Positions 46,381 to 54,452 of a stretch of DNA of 64,000 nt are shown here, one piece after another (position 1 is the stretch's first letter; each line of letters opens with the position of its first letter). The notes below the pieces were generated by a model. It had not been told where the DNA came from, ran no database searches, and was given only the letters and a program-made list of their open reading frames with translations. This DNA is from a virus, in IMG/VR virus record IMGVR_UViG_3300045988_115788; one strand, written 5' to 3'. The position numbers and the translations under genes were made by a program.

Positions 46381-46571
46381 TGCAAAGATTTTATGCTATC
46401 TATGATATAAATCGTCGAAAATATTTTACCGAAAACCCTTTTCGTGCGAATAAATTAACCGATTCGGCGCTTGAAGCAAAATGGTTTTGTTCGAGACTTG
46501 CGGCAAGCATGTTTATCAAGCAGCACAAAGAACTACAACATAAAAGCATTCTTTGTATCAGAATTATCTGA
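46377..46571 (+). CDS. small KF-x-S/T...A family protein
   Basis: QRFYAIYDINRRKYF...AKWFCSRLAASMFIKQH. Confidence 0.6.
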   Translation: MMQRFYAIYDINRRKYFTENPFRANKLTDSALEAKWFCSRLAASMFIKQHKELQHKSILCIRII

Positions 46572-46654
46572 TTATTGACTTCTTGTGATTAAAAAATACC
46601 CCTCTTGGTTAATTCCAGGAAGGGTATTTTTTCAAAAATTCTTAAAGAAAAAGC

Positions 46655-46683
46655 TTGACAAGAATGGTTCTCTATGTTATCAT
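46655..46683 (+). promoter_or_regulatory. promoter TTGACA-17-TATCAT
   Basis: Read directly; a hairpin terminator lies just upstream at about 46596-46635. Confidence 0.65.
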
Positions 46684-46709
46684 AACATCAGAAAACAAAA
46701 GCAAAGGAG

Positions 46710-47096
46710 ATGAACTTTATGAAGTTCACTAGAGAAGCCTATCTAAAGTATGTGGAGCAAGTAGAAGAAGAATACGCCGCTCTCTCTGACTGTGAAAGCA
46801 GTTTAGCCAAAGACATACTCAACAAACCTGTACCGAGCTTTGACGGAAGTGTTTGCGTTTGGGGGCTTGATTATGTGGCATATTTCGATTGCGTGCTTTC
46901 TGGTTGTGGACAAGACAATGCAACCTGGACAACCTATATTGGTTTACAAAGTGACGATAGCAACGACTACAGGACATGGGAAGTAAATTGTTGCACGATG
47001 GAAACGTTCAAAGCATTGATTTACGCTATCTGCAAGTGTAAAAATTTTACACAAGCTGTTGAGGTACTGAAGGGAAGTGATTGGTGTGAAGGTTGA
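46710..47096 (+). CDS. hypothetical protein
   Basis: AAAGGAG RBS; 128 aa. Confidence 0.6.
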   Translation: MNFMKFTREAYLKYVEQVEEEYAALSDCESSLAKDILNKPVPSFDGSVCVWGLDYVAYFDCVLSGCGQDNATWTTYIGLQSDDSNDYRTWEVNCCTMETFKALIYAICKCKNFTQAVEVLKGSDWCEG

Positions 47097-47535
47097 CGGT
47101 GTGAGAATCCAAACTATAGGACATAGACCCTGGAATATTCCTAATCTGGAAAAAGACGAACAAGGCTCTTATGCTTTGAACGAACCGAACAATAACAGAG
47201 CCATTGAACGGCCTGAGTTGGTTCAGCTATGCCTCAACTGCACAAAAGAGAATTGCACAGGTCATTGCGAAGAAATCCGCAAACTTGGTGGAACCAGAAA
47301 CGCAACCAAAGGAACTGTACAAGGAAGAAAAATTCCTTTGCCCAAAAATTTCAAACAAGTCTTTGAAAGACTTAATAGCCAAAAAGACACAGCCGCTGTG
47401 TACAAAGTAAGTATCAGCACAGTACGTCGCTGGATGAAAGACTGTAACATCCCGTATCAAAAGGATAGAAAAACAGCACAAAACTACAAAAAGCAAGTAC
47501 GCGCAGACGGAAAATTCGGGGGTGTCAAAAAATGA
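47077..47535 (+). CDS. HTH DNA-binding protein
   Basis: TAAVYKVSISTVRRWMKDCNI is HTH-like, with a Cys cluster CLNCTKENCTGHC. Confidence 0.5.
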   Translation: MIGVKVDGVRIQTIGHRPWNIPNLEKDEQGSYALNEPNNNRAIERPELVQLCLNCTKENCTGHCEEIRKLGGTRNATKGTVQGRKIPLPKNFKQVFERLNSQKDTAAVYKVSISTVRRWMKDCNIPYQKDRKTAQNYKKQVRADGKFGGVKK

Positions 47536-47759
47536 GGCAAAGACGGCATTATATGAAGCCCGTCTGTAAAGACTGTACAGAACGACATACGGCTTGTCAC
47601 GACACTTGTGAAAAATATTTGGCGGCAAAACAAGAACTCTTCGAGGCCAAATTAAAAGAAACAAAAGATAGTGACATAGATAGATACATTGAAAAAGGTC
47701 GATATCAACGCGCCCATTATCGTTTTGAAATGCAAAGAAGGGGCAGAAAAATTTATTGA
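47532..47759 (+). CDS. small Cys-rich protein
   Basis: CKDCTERHTACHDTCEKY. Confidence 0.55.
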   Translation: MRQRRHYMKPVCKDCTERHTACHDTCEKYLAAKQELFEAKLKETKDSDIDRYIEKGRYQRAHYRFEMQRRGRKIY

Positions 47760-47766
47760 AGAACTC

Positions 47767-47795
47767 TTGACAAAACAGCAAGAGTGCGATATAAT
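47767..47795 (+). promoter_or_regulatory. promoter TTGACA-17-TATAAT (full consensus)
   Basis: Read directly. Confidence 0.75.
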
Positions 47796-47824
47796 AATTC
47801 TATCAAATTAAGGAGGAATTAAAA

Positions 47825-48076
47825 ATGCCTGAAACATTTGAGTATTGGAACGACCTTGCCCTGAGTGACAACTACAAAGACAGATTCCGAAGCGAGTACA
47901 ATATTCTACTTATTCGGACAAGAAAACTTTCTAATATGCTAAAGAAGTGGGAAGATGGTGAACTTGATTTCACCCCTGACTGCCCTTACCAGCTACTAGA
48001 GGAGCAATGTGTCGTAATGGCTCAATATCTTAGCATCCTTCAAAAACGTGCTAAGTTAGAAAATATTCTACTATAA
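47825..48076 (+). CDS. hypothetical protein
   Basis: AAGGAGG RBS; 83 aa. Confidence 0.6.
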   Translation: MPETFEYWNDLALSDNYKDRFRSEYNILLIRTRKLSNMLKKWEDGELDFTPDCPYQLLEEQCVVMAQYLSILQKRAKLENILL

Positions 48077-48088
48077 GGAGAAACGAAG

Positions 48089-48256
48089 ATGAAGCTAACT
48101 ATTGAATTTTCCAAGGATGAAATTCTGAATCTACAGGAAGGCGCAGACGCAGAATATCCTAAGTATCTGCTAGAAGTTGCAACCAATATGCTAACTACAG
48201 TTATTGGCAACAATACTAATGGTAGTCTGAAGAAGGTCACTATCGAGGAGGCATGA
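48089..48256 (+). CDS. small hypothetical protein (55 aa)
   Basis: TAAGGAG RBS; fills the gap; below the track cutoff. Confidence 0.45.
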   Translation: MKLTIEFSKDEILNLQEGADAEYPKYLLEVATNMLTTVIGNNTNGSLKKVTIEEA

Positions 48257-48630
48257 TAATGAAGTTTGATTTTACTGAACTAAGAGACATGATTGATGAT
48301 ATACTAGAAGAGTATGTAAATTCTCGCGAAAATGCTGTGGATATTACAGCGGAGAAGGCGCACGAAGCTAGAATGAAGAGTGTAGGAACCGAAGTGCCTT
48401 TCTTTTCTTACGGCGTATATCATTATCGCCTTTTTTCCGATGATTGCGATTTCTGTTTCTACCAGTGGAGAACAGAGCAGTATTTTAATTTCTCTGTAGG
48501 GGATTACATTGAATCCGACATCATTGGAGAAAGAAGCGAAGGAAGATGGTTGATTAAGTTAATTAGCTATAATATTGAACCTGACGAAGATATTATGATT
48601 GATATTAACGTAGAATTTGAACCATACTAA
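48253..48630 (+). CDS. hypothetical protein
   Basis: ATGA coupling; 125 aa. Confidence 0.6.
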   Translation: MIMKFDFTELRDMIDDILEEYVNSRENAVDITAEKAHEARMKSVGTEVPFFSYGVYHYRLFSDDCDFCFYQWRTEQYFNFSVGDYIESDIIGERSEGRWLIKLISYNIEPDEDIMIDINVEFEPY

Positions 48631-48642
48631 AGGAGGAAAAAT

Positions 48643-48990
48643 ATGTCTGCCGTAACCTATCGTCACCCTACTGTTGACCCTGAAGTTCTAGCTATTATTG
48701 GTGATAACTACATGATTGATGCTCATCATCTTGTTGTATTATCCAGGGAAGAACATTATTTTCATCAAAATGCTTCCCTGACTTATCTTGTGGAAGGATA
48801 CGTTGAGTGCGACGTTACTGCACGTCCGTTAATTTTTTGGTATCAGATGATGCACTTTCCTTGCTCCGAGCAGGAATGGAGAGTAGATATTGTTCCTTAT
48901 ACCTGCGATGGTACCAAGATGAAAGAACTTCGTGATGTTAGTGTCAATCTAGTATACGGAGAACCTATGCCTAGAGTAACAAATCAGTAA
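48643..48990 (+). CDS. hypothetical protein
   Basis: AAAGGAGG RBS; 115 aa. Confidence 0.6.
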   Translation: MSAVTYRHPTVDPEVLAIIGDNYMIDAHHLVVLSREEHYFHQNASLTYLVEGYVECDVTARPLIFWYQMMHFPCSEQEWRVDIVPYTCDGTKMKELRDVSVNLVYGEPMPRVTNQ

Positions 48991-48995
48991 TAAAA

Positions 48996-49030
48996 ATACC
49001 CTCTTGAACAATATCAAGAGGGTATTTTCT
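48996..49030 (+). terminator. rho-independent terminator
   Basis: Perfect 12-bp stem ataccctcttga / tcaagagggtat followed by tttct. Confidence 0.7.
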
Positions 49031-49050
49031 TTAATTTTTTTAAAAAAGAC

Positions 49051-49079
49051 TTGACAAGCTGAAATTTTAATGATACAAT
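49051..49079 (+). promoter_or_regulatory. promoter TTGACA-17-TACAAT
   Basis: Read directly. Confidence 0.7.
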
Positions 49080-49127
49080 AAAGACACAAATAAAGGAGGT
49101 AACACGCATTGAAGAAGGTGAATAAAA

Positions 49128-49718
49128 ATGGCTTGGTATCTTGATGTAGGTGACAACTGTTGTTACGCAGACCACGAAGTAAAGGCATGGCGTTGGTGGA
49201 AAAATGGAATCATTGCTTTTGACAAATGGGCCAAAGAGCATAACATTCATTGCGAGCATAAACAGGACGAAGATTTTGGCGAGGGTTTTGATGAAATCAT
49301 ATTCTATGACCACTACGCCGATACTCGCAATGATGAAATTGTTATCTTCAAAGCAATGGATGAAGACCTTGTTCTTATCTATAATCCACGCATCGAAGAA
49401 ACTGGATGTTTCCCCTTTGATGTAGAAAGTATTGAAGATTTCCATAAAAACTATCTCTGGTATGAAGGATATGATGAAGAATGGGAATGGAATGAAGAAG
49501 GTTTCAAGAGTTTCAGTCTTTGGGCGAAAGAACACGACATTCAGTTTGCTAGAGCCACATGGGACAAAGAAAAACATGAAGACCTTTTAAAGTTCCCTAT
49601 TTATACAGACAGGCACAACATAGTAATACAACTTATCTTGCGGCCTGGAGATATTCTTCATTATTCTCATGATAAAAGAGCAAATGGGGAATTTCCGTTT
49701 AGTATAGGAGGAGAGTGA
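49128..49718 (+). CDS. hypothetical protein with internal duplication
   Basis: AFDKWAKEHNIHCEHKQDEDF and SFSLWAKEHDIQFARATWDKE form repeated modules. Confidence 0.6.
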   Translation: MAWYLDVGDNCCYADHEVKAWRWWKNGIIAFDKWAKEHNIHCEHKQDEDFGEGFDEIIFYDHYADTRNDEIVIFKAMDEDLVLIYNPRIEETGCFPFDVESIEDFHKNYLWYEGYDEEWEWNEEGFKSFSLWAKEHDIQFARATWDKEKHEDLLKFPIYTDRHNIVIQLILRPGDILHYSHDKRANGEFPFSIGGE

Positions 49719-50014
49719 TGAAACATTCCGTAATGACAAATTCATGTGTTTACATTTATCGCAATTATGATGATGATGGTTTAGTGCCAGAATATCTTGA
49801 TGTAAGAGAATATTATGGAACTATTCTATGTCGTTGGTGTACTTATGTACATGATGCAACAGCCTTTAATAGTCTAAAAGAAACAAAACATTATATTGCC
49901 AAGTATATTGAGAAATTTGGCAATATAAAATATCACTTTGCTTTCATGGAGCCTGTTATTGTAATGAAAGATTATTATAGCCATGAAATTTTAGAAGAAG
50001 TAGAAGGTGGATAA
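49715..50014 (+). CDS. hypothetical protein (KF-x-S/T...A family-like)
   Basis: CVYIYRNYDDDG...ATAFNSLKETKHYIAKY. Confidence 0.55.
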   Translation: MMKHSVMTNSCVYIYRNYDDDGLVPEYLDVREYYGTILCRWCTYVHDATAFNSLKETKHYIAKYIEKFGNIKYHFAFMEPVIVMKDYYSHEILEEVEGG

Positions 50015-50016
50015 AA

Positions 50017-50743
50017 ATGAGATATTTAGGTTCAAAAACAAAAATCGCTAAAGATATTGTACCAATTATTCAATCCTATATTGACAATAATAGTATTGAA
50101 CAATATTGGGAGCCATTTGTTGGTGGCGCTAACATTATTGATAAAATCAACTGTAAAGTTAGAGTAGGTACAGACATTCATCCACAGTTAATTGCTTTAC
50201 TTCAACAAGCACAAACTGATATTTCTGTATTTCCCGATACAATCAGCGAAGAAGAATATAAAGAAGTCAAGAATAACAAAGATAAATACCCAGATTGGTA
50301 TGTTGGTCTTGTAGGATTTTGTAGTTTTGGTTCTAAATACTGGGGGGGGGTATAGAAGAAGCTATGACAAAGAAGGCAGAGCCAAAGATGAAACGAAAGG
50401 TGTAATCAGCAATATCAAAAAGCAAGCTCTTAATTTAAAAGATATTAGCTTTAATTGTCTTGATTATAGTTTATGTACACCATACAATCTTCATCGAAGA
50501 ACATTGATTTATTGCGACCCTCCATATAAAGACACAACAAAATACTCTGGCACAAAACTTTTTGATTATGATAAATTTTATAATTGGTGTAAAATGATGT
50601 CAGATGCAGGACATATTGTGATTGTAAGTGAATATGATATGCCAAAAGAATTTACATGTATCTGGCAGAAGGAAATTAAGTGTATGGTTGACAAAAATGG
50701 AAGCAATAGAACAGAAAGGATTGAAAAACTTTGGCTACTTTAA
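50017..50743 (+). pseudogene. dam: Dam-like N6-adenine DNA methyltransferase split by a frameshift at a G9 tract (50342-50350)
   Basis: Frame 1 gives MRYLGSKTKIAKDI...EPFVGGAN...GSKYWGGV then a stop. The +1 frame continues GGYRRSY...IYCDPPYKDT. Eight G's would fuse both into 241 aa. Confidence 0.75.
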
Positions 50744-50964
50744 AATGCACAGCACAAATAAAATATGTGGTACGAATCACTTTTTCAGATAAAAAAGAGT
50801 ATTATCTTGCGCCTAGTGTATATAAAGCAAAAAGACTTGAGGAAAATCCTTATAGAGGGTTTCAATATAGCTTACCAGAAGCTCAGAGCATCTGTGAAGA
50901 ATATAAAGAAAAGTATCCTGACTGTATTGTTGAAGCTGTTAAAATTTTGGCGCATGAGGCATAA
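50731..50964 (+). CDS. small KF-x-S/T...A family protein (start uncertain)
   Basis: IKYVVRITFSDKKEYYL...GFQYSLPEAQSICEEY. Confidence 0.45.
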   Translation: MATLKCTAQIKYVVRITFSDKKEYYLAPSVYKAKRLEENPYRGFQYSLPEAQSICEEYKEKYPDCIVEAVKILAHEA

Positions 50965-50980
50965 CGGAAAATAAAGCAAC

Positions 50981-51466
50981 ATGAAAAATTCTCAAGGAAA
51001 AGGCGAATGGATTAGTATTCCTATGCTAGAGCCGCCATATAATATTGAAGATTTTGAATACAGTGATGAACCTGCTTGGTCAGACCCAGAGGAGTTGGCT
51101 ATGAAAACATATTTTGTACTAAAAGACCCATACGGAAATTGTTGGTTCAAAGACACACGAAATGGCGAATCGAAATACTTTTCAGATGGAGGAAATACAT
51201 ATTATCATCCAAATATGTGTCTAAGATTCAAGACACTAGAAGAAGCTGAATTAGAAGCTATGAATATTATAAATCAAGAAACTTATGTCAACATGCCAGG
51301 AAATATCAATAAAGTATTTATTGAAATTATGGTAGTTGATGAGGAAAAAGAACAAGAATATGCAGACTCAGTATTTGTTGATACAATGTTTAATAAAGCA
51401 AAAGAAGAAGCACATAAAGATTATGAAGAAATGAAAAACGAAAAATTAAAAAACAAGCAAAAATAA
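50981..51466 (+). CDS. hypothetical protein containing a KF-x-S/T...A module
   Basis: KTYFVLKDPYGNCWF...CLRFKTLEEAELEAMN. Confidence 0.6.
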   Translation: MKNSQGKGEWISIPMLEPPYNIEDFEYSDEPAWSDPEELAMKTYFVLKDPYGNCWFKDTRNGESKYFSDGGNTYYHPNMCLRFKTLEEAELEAMNIINQETYVNMPGNINKVFIEIMVVDEEKEQEYADSVFVDTMFNKAKEEAHKDYEEMKNEKLKNKQK

Positions 51467-51564
51467 TAAAGTGGTTTAGAGGACACTAATAAAACATACA
51501 TATTACTCAAAGAAAGAAGTAAAAAAGAAAAATTAGCATTAGACCCATAAAGGAAACTATTTAA

Positions 51565-51816
51565 ATGGAAAAATTAAAATATAAAAGAAAATACACTTAC
51601 AAATCTTGTGATGCTACATTTTATTATGGCAAAAGAGGATTGAAATTAGTCATTATTCAAGATAGCAAAACCAAAAAGATAGTTGAGATATTAATAGAAG
51701 AAGAATTTGACAAGTGTTATGAAAGAGATTATGAAGTGTATGATAAAGTGATAGATGATATTAAAAGTGGGAAAGGATTGAAAAAACGTAAACATAGAAA
51801 GGATGAAGGCACATGA
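51565..51816 (+). CDS. hypothetical basic protein
   Basis: 83-aa ORF. Confidence 0.55.
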   Translation: MEKLKYKRKYTYKSCDATFYYGKRGLKLVIIQDSKTKKIVEILIEEEFDKCYERDYEVYDKVIDDIKSGKGLKKRKHRKDEGT

Positions 51817-51986
51817 ACATCAAAACTTACTATGTATTAAAGTCAGAAAATGGAGGGTACTGGACTTACGACAATTACTTCAAGGAGTACAAACGATTTC
51901 TTTTAGGCCCTATGAATCGACAGAAGCTACTCAAATTTTCATCCTTAGAAGACGCACAGAAAGAAGCAATCAAAATCATGGAATAA
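51813..51986 (+). CDS. small KF-x-S/T...A family protein (57 aa)
   Basis: ATGA coupling. MNIKTYYVLKSENGGYW...LLKFSSLEDAQKEAIKIME. Preferred over the overlapping track ORF 51803-51994. Confidence 0.5.
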   Translation: MNIKTYYVLKSENGGYWTYDNYFKEYKRFLLGPMNRQKLLKFSSLEDAQKEAIKIME

Positions 51987-52088
51987 AAATATGAAATGAT
52001 ATTTGTTGAAACAGTATTTGATAATTGGTAAGTATAACTAACGAAATGTTATAAAAAACTACGAAGCGATAGAAAAGGATGAAACAAC

Positions 52089-52304
52089 ATGGAAAAATAT
52101 CTAGTAAAAGTAACTCTTTTTGACGGAAATGAATACTACGTTTGTAAAGGATTTTTTACAAAATATACTCTTGATTCAAATATTTCTAATGGGATTCATT
52201 TTGATTTAAAAGAGGCTAACGCAGTTAGTCAAGAATTTAAAAAATATTATCCTGAATACGAAGTGCGACTAAGTAAAGTAGATTACGAGAAAGAAGAATT
52301 TTAG
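52089..52304 (+). CDS. small KF-x-S/T...A family protein
   Basis: EKYLVKVTLFDGNEYYV...GIHFDLKEANAVSQEF. Confidence 0.6.
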   Translation: MEKYLVKVTLFDGNEYYVCKGFFTKYTLDSNISNGIHFDLKEANAVSQEFKKYYPEYEVRLSKVDYEKEEF

Positions 52305-52325
52305 CATTGGGACACAATTTGGGAT

Positions 52326-52541
52326 ATGGAAAGGGCCGCAAATGACTTATTCAATTTTTTAAATTATAAAATCAAATATTTTCCAGATGAAACATTTTAT
52401 ACATGGTATGTATATACTGATTGCAGATGTCGTTGTTTGCTAGTAGAACAAAAAGTAGAAGGAATTTCAAAAGGCTTTTATCATGTATATGAAAATGATG
52501 TTGTTAGTGTGACAAGCAAAAAAATAACAAAAGAATTATGA
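52326..52541 (+). CDS. hypothetical protein
   Basis: 71-aa ORF; the last gene of the rightward arm. Confidence 0.55.
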   Translation: MERAANDLFNFLNYKIKYFPDETFYTWYVYTDCRCRCLLVEQKVEGISKGFYHVYENDVVSVTSKKITKEL

Positions 52542-52608
52542 TTTACTCTAAAAATGGAACGATTCTAAGAGTGTTTAATGGATAAATAATAATATAGCGT
52601 AAAAAATA

Positions 52609-52632
52609 CCCCTAGAGAATTATCTCTAGGGG
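52609..52632. terminator. bidirectional terminator hairpin between the convergent arms
   Basis: cccctagag / ctctagggg 9-bp stem with A/T runs on both sides. Confidence 0.65.
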
Positions 52633-52652
52633 TAAAATTATATTATGTTTTA

Positions 52653-53708
52653 TTAAACATAGAAGCAGGGGGCCACCGCATTGCAATAACGCGAGAAGTA
52701 GCCGTCCGCCGAACCATCAGCGTACACATAGCAAAAGGTGTTGGAGTCGCCGAAACACGGACTTCTGTTCCACCACCATACAGCACTGTTAGTGTTATTA
52801 TATTTATACCTAACCTTACTATTTCCATTTTTATAATAATCATACTGCTTCTGCTTATTCTGCTCTGCTGAATTAGCGTAATCTCTAGTACCATGAACTT
52901 CAAATTCCGCTTCTAAGCAGATAGTTTCAGTTGTTGCAGTTACGTTAGAAGAATTATTAGTACCGCCACCTGTATTATCGGTATATTTTGTAACAGTTTT
53001 CAATACGTTCTGAAGGCCAGTAGGTAGAGCATTTTTAATTGCAGACATGATTGTAGAACGCATATAACAACCTTCCCAACCACCGCTATTTGTATTACTG
53101 TCCCCATAAGACATGGAGAAATAACCAGAAGAAGTCATGGGGTATCGGCGATATTGGGAATCAACCAATCCAACAGTTTCGTTATTTACTTTACCGATGC
53201 AGAAATGAATACGATTATTCCCTTCGATTTCTGCGTTGTGATTGATGCCTAAGATATAAGCATCAATCTTTACATTACTAAAAGTAGTATTGCCTACTGT
53301 GCCATTCAATACAATACTTTTAGTATCGCCAACACTGAATAAATTAGCCGCATCACCACTTGCGCTAACAGCACTAATCTCGGCCCAAGAATAATCGTTC
53401 AAAGTACGAAAAACTTTGTATTGCTTAAATTCTCTTACTTCAATAGTTGCCGTATTACTTCCCGCCGTAACAGTCCAAGTACCATATCCTACGTTGCCAA
53501 TAGTCGCAATACCATCTTTACTTGTTGCAGATAAGGTCTTACCGCCGCTAACAGCTTGTGCAACAGTTCCCGTAGTACAGTATACTATAAATTGCGCTCC
53601 ACTTGGTTCATAATCAATAATATTATCTAAAAGAATTTCAGGATACAGAATATCATACTGATTCTGTTCATTTAGATTTCTCATCGTAAATTTATATTTT
53701 CCCATCAT
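52653..53708 (-). CDS. DGR target protein 1 (receptor-binding / tail-fibre protein with C-terminal variable region)
   Basis: C-terminus ...PCFGDSNTFCYVYADGSADGYFSRYCNAVAPCFYV is encoded by VR1. Paralog of 62130-63227. Confidence 0.8.
   Translation of the reverse strand: MMGKYKFTMRNLNEQNQYDILYPEILLDNIIDYEPSGAQFIVYCTTGTVAQAVSGGKTLSATSKDGIATIGNVGYGTWTVTAGSNTATIEVREFKQYKVFRTLNDYSWAEISAVSASGDAANLFSVGDTKSIVLNGTVGNTTFSNVKIDAYILGINHNAEIEGNNRIHFCIGKVNNETVGLVDSQYRRYPMTSSGYFSMSYGDSNTNSGGWEGCYMRSTIMSAIKNALPTGLQNVLKTVTKYTDNTGGGTNNSSNVTATTETICLEAEFEVHGTRDYANSAEQNKQKQYDYYKNGNSKVRYKYNNTNSAVWWWNRSPCFGDSNTFCYVYADGSADGYFSRYCNAVAPCFYV
52658..52761 (-). repeat. DGR variable repeat VR1 (with IMH-like 3' end)
   Basis: Aligns to TR 61464-61568. 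Hand count: 17 differences, 14 at TR adenines (coding sense) and 3 elsewhere. Confidence 0.8.
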
Positions 53709-53980
53709 TTTTCCCCTTCAAGATAAGCTTTGAATTTATCAATAATAGCCTTATCAACATATTGCTTATTAGTCAAATGATTACTGTCAGTAGGAGCGCC
53801 ACCAGAAATATCGTCACAAGTAAGAGTGATAACAGGGTCAGGTTTACCATTAACTACGACAGGAACATCTACAACTCCTTCTACGGCATTTACAACGGGC
53901 CTACCTAGCACATCCTTAGTTACATGGAATTGTTCTGCATTAAACAGATAACCGCCATCTGGAGCCTTAAATTCTGCCAT
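53705..53980 (-). CDS. small fibre-associated protein, paralog of 56931-57131
   Basis: MAEFKAPDGGYLFNAEQFHVTKDVLGRPVVNAVEG versus MAEVKAPGGNFFLNSEQFYITKNRYGQPVLNSID. Confidence 0.6.
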   Translation of the reverse strand: MAEFKAPDGGYLFNAEQFHVTKDVLGRPVVNAVEGVVDVPVVVNGKPDPVITLTCDDISGGAPTDSNHLTNKQYVDKAIIDKFKAYLEGEK

Positions 53981-53993
53981 GTATCATCCCTCC

Positions 53994-54437
53994 TTAAACT
54001 GTGCCAGTGACTTGATACCAGAAGTCGCCAGCTTTTTGATTGGTGGGCTGAGTTTCAGAAACTTTGATATCAATAGAACTTAGAGCAACAGCAGTAGGAA
54101 CGCCACTTTCATTAAATCCTACATATTGACCGCTGGTACCAGTTAGTGCGACAGCTTTACCGTTAGTATCACTAACAATCACACTATTTTTAGTAACAGT
54201 ATTACCTCCAGTAGTCTGCATATAATCAGCTTGAATATCTGCAATATCACTTGCTTGGGTATTAACTTCGTTAGTTAATGTAGTTAAATCGCTCTTGTTA
54301 GCAAGTTCAATTTCACCTTCGGTAATAGCTTTGTCGCCAACAAACACCTGCTTAGTGTCTTTGGCTAGGTACATCTGACCATCTTCAAGATTAGGCTTTT
54401 TCGCAAAAGTGCCTCGAAGTATTTGAATTTTTTTCAT
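53994..54437 (-). CDS. tail-fibre-like protein
   Basis: N-terminus IQILRGTFAKKPNLEDGQMYLAKDTKQVFVGD resembles the IQIKRG...DTGKLYIG N-terminus of the 55232 fibre. Confidence 0.55.
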   Translation of the reverse strand: MKKIQILRGTFAKKPNLEDGQMYLAKDTKQVFVGDKAITEGEIELANKSDLTTLTNEVNTQASDIADIQADYMQTTGGNTVTKNSVIVSDTNGKAVALTGTSGQYVGFNESGVPTAVALSSIDIKVSETQPTNQKAGDFWYQVTGTV

Positions 54438-54452
54438 ATTTACACATCCTCC

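Noticed and set aside
51803-51994. Track ORF 51803-51994(+), MKAHEHQNLLCIKVRK...
   Set aside because: The overlapping frame 51813-51986 has ATGA coupling to the upstream gene and matches the 9-member small-protein family. The track frame has no such support.
52643-52903. Track ORFs 52643-52903(-) and 62123-62392(-) overlapping the VR regions in another frame
   Set aside because: They are alternative frames of the DGR target genes. The long frames (351 and 365 aa) are paralogous along their full length and end in the conserved AVAPCFYV.
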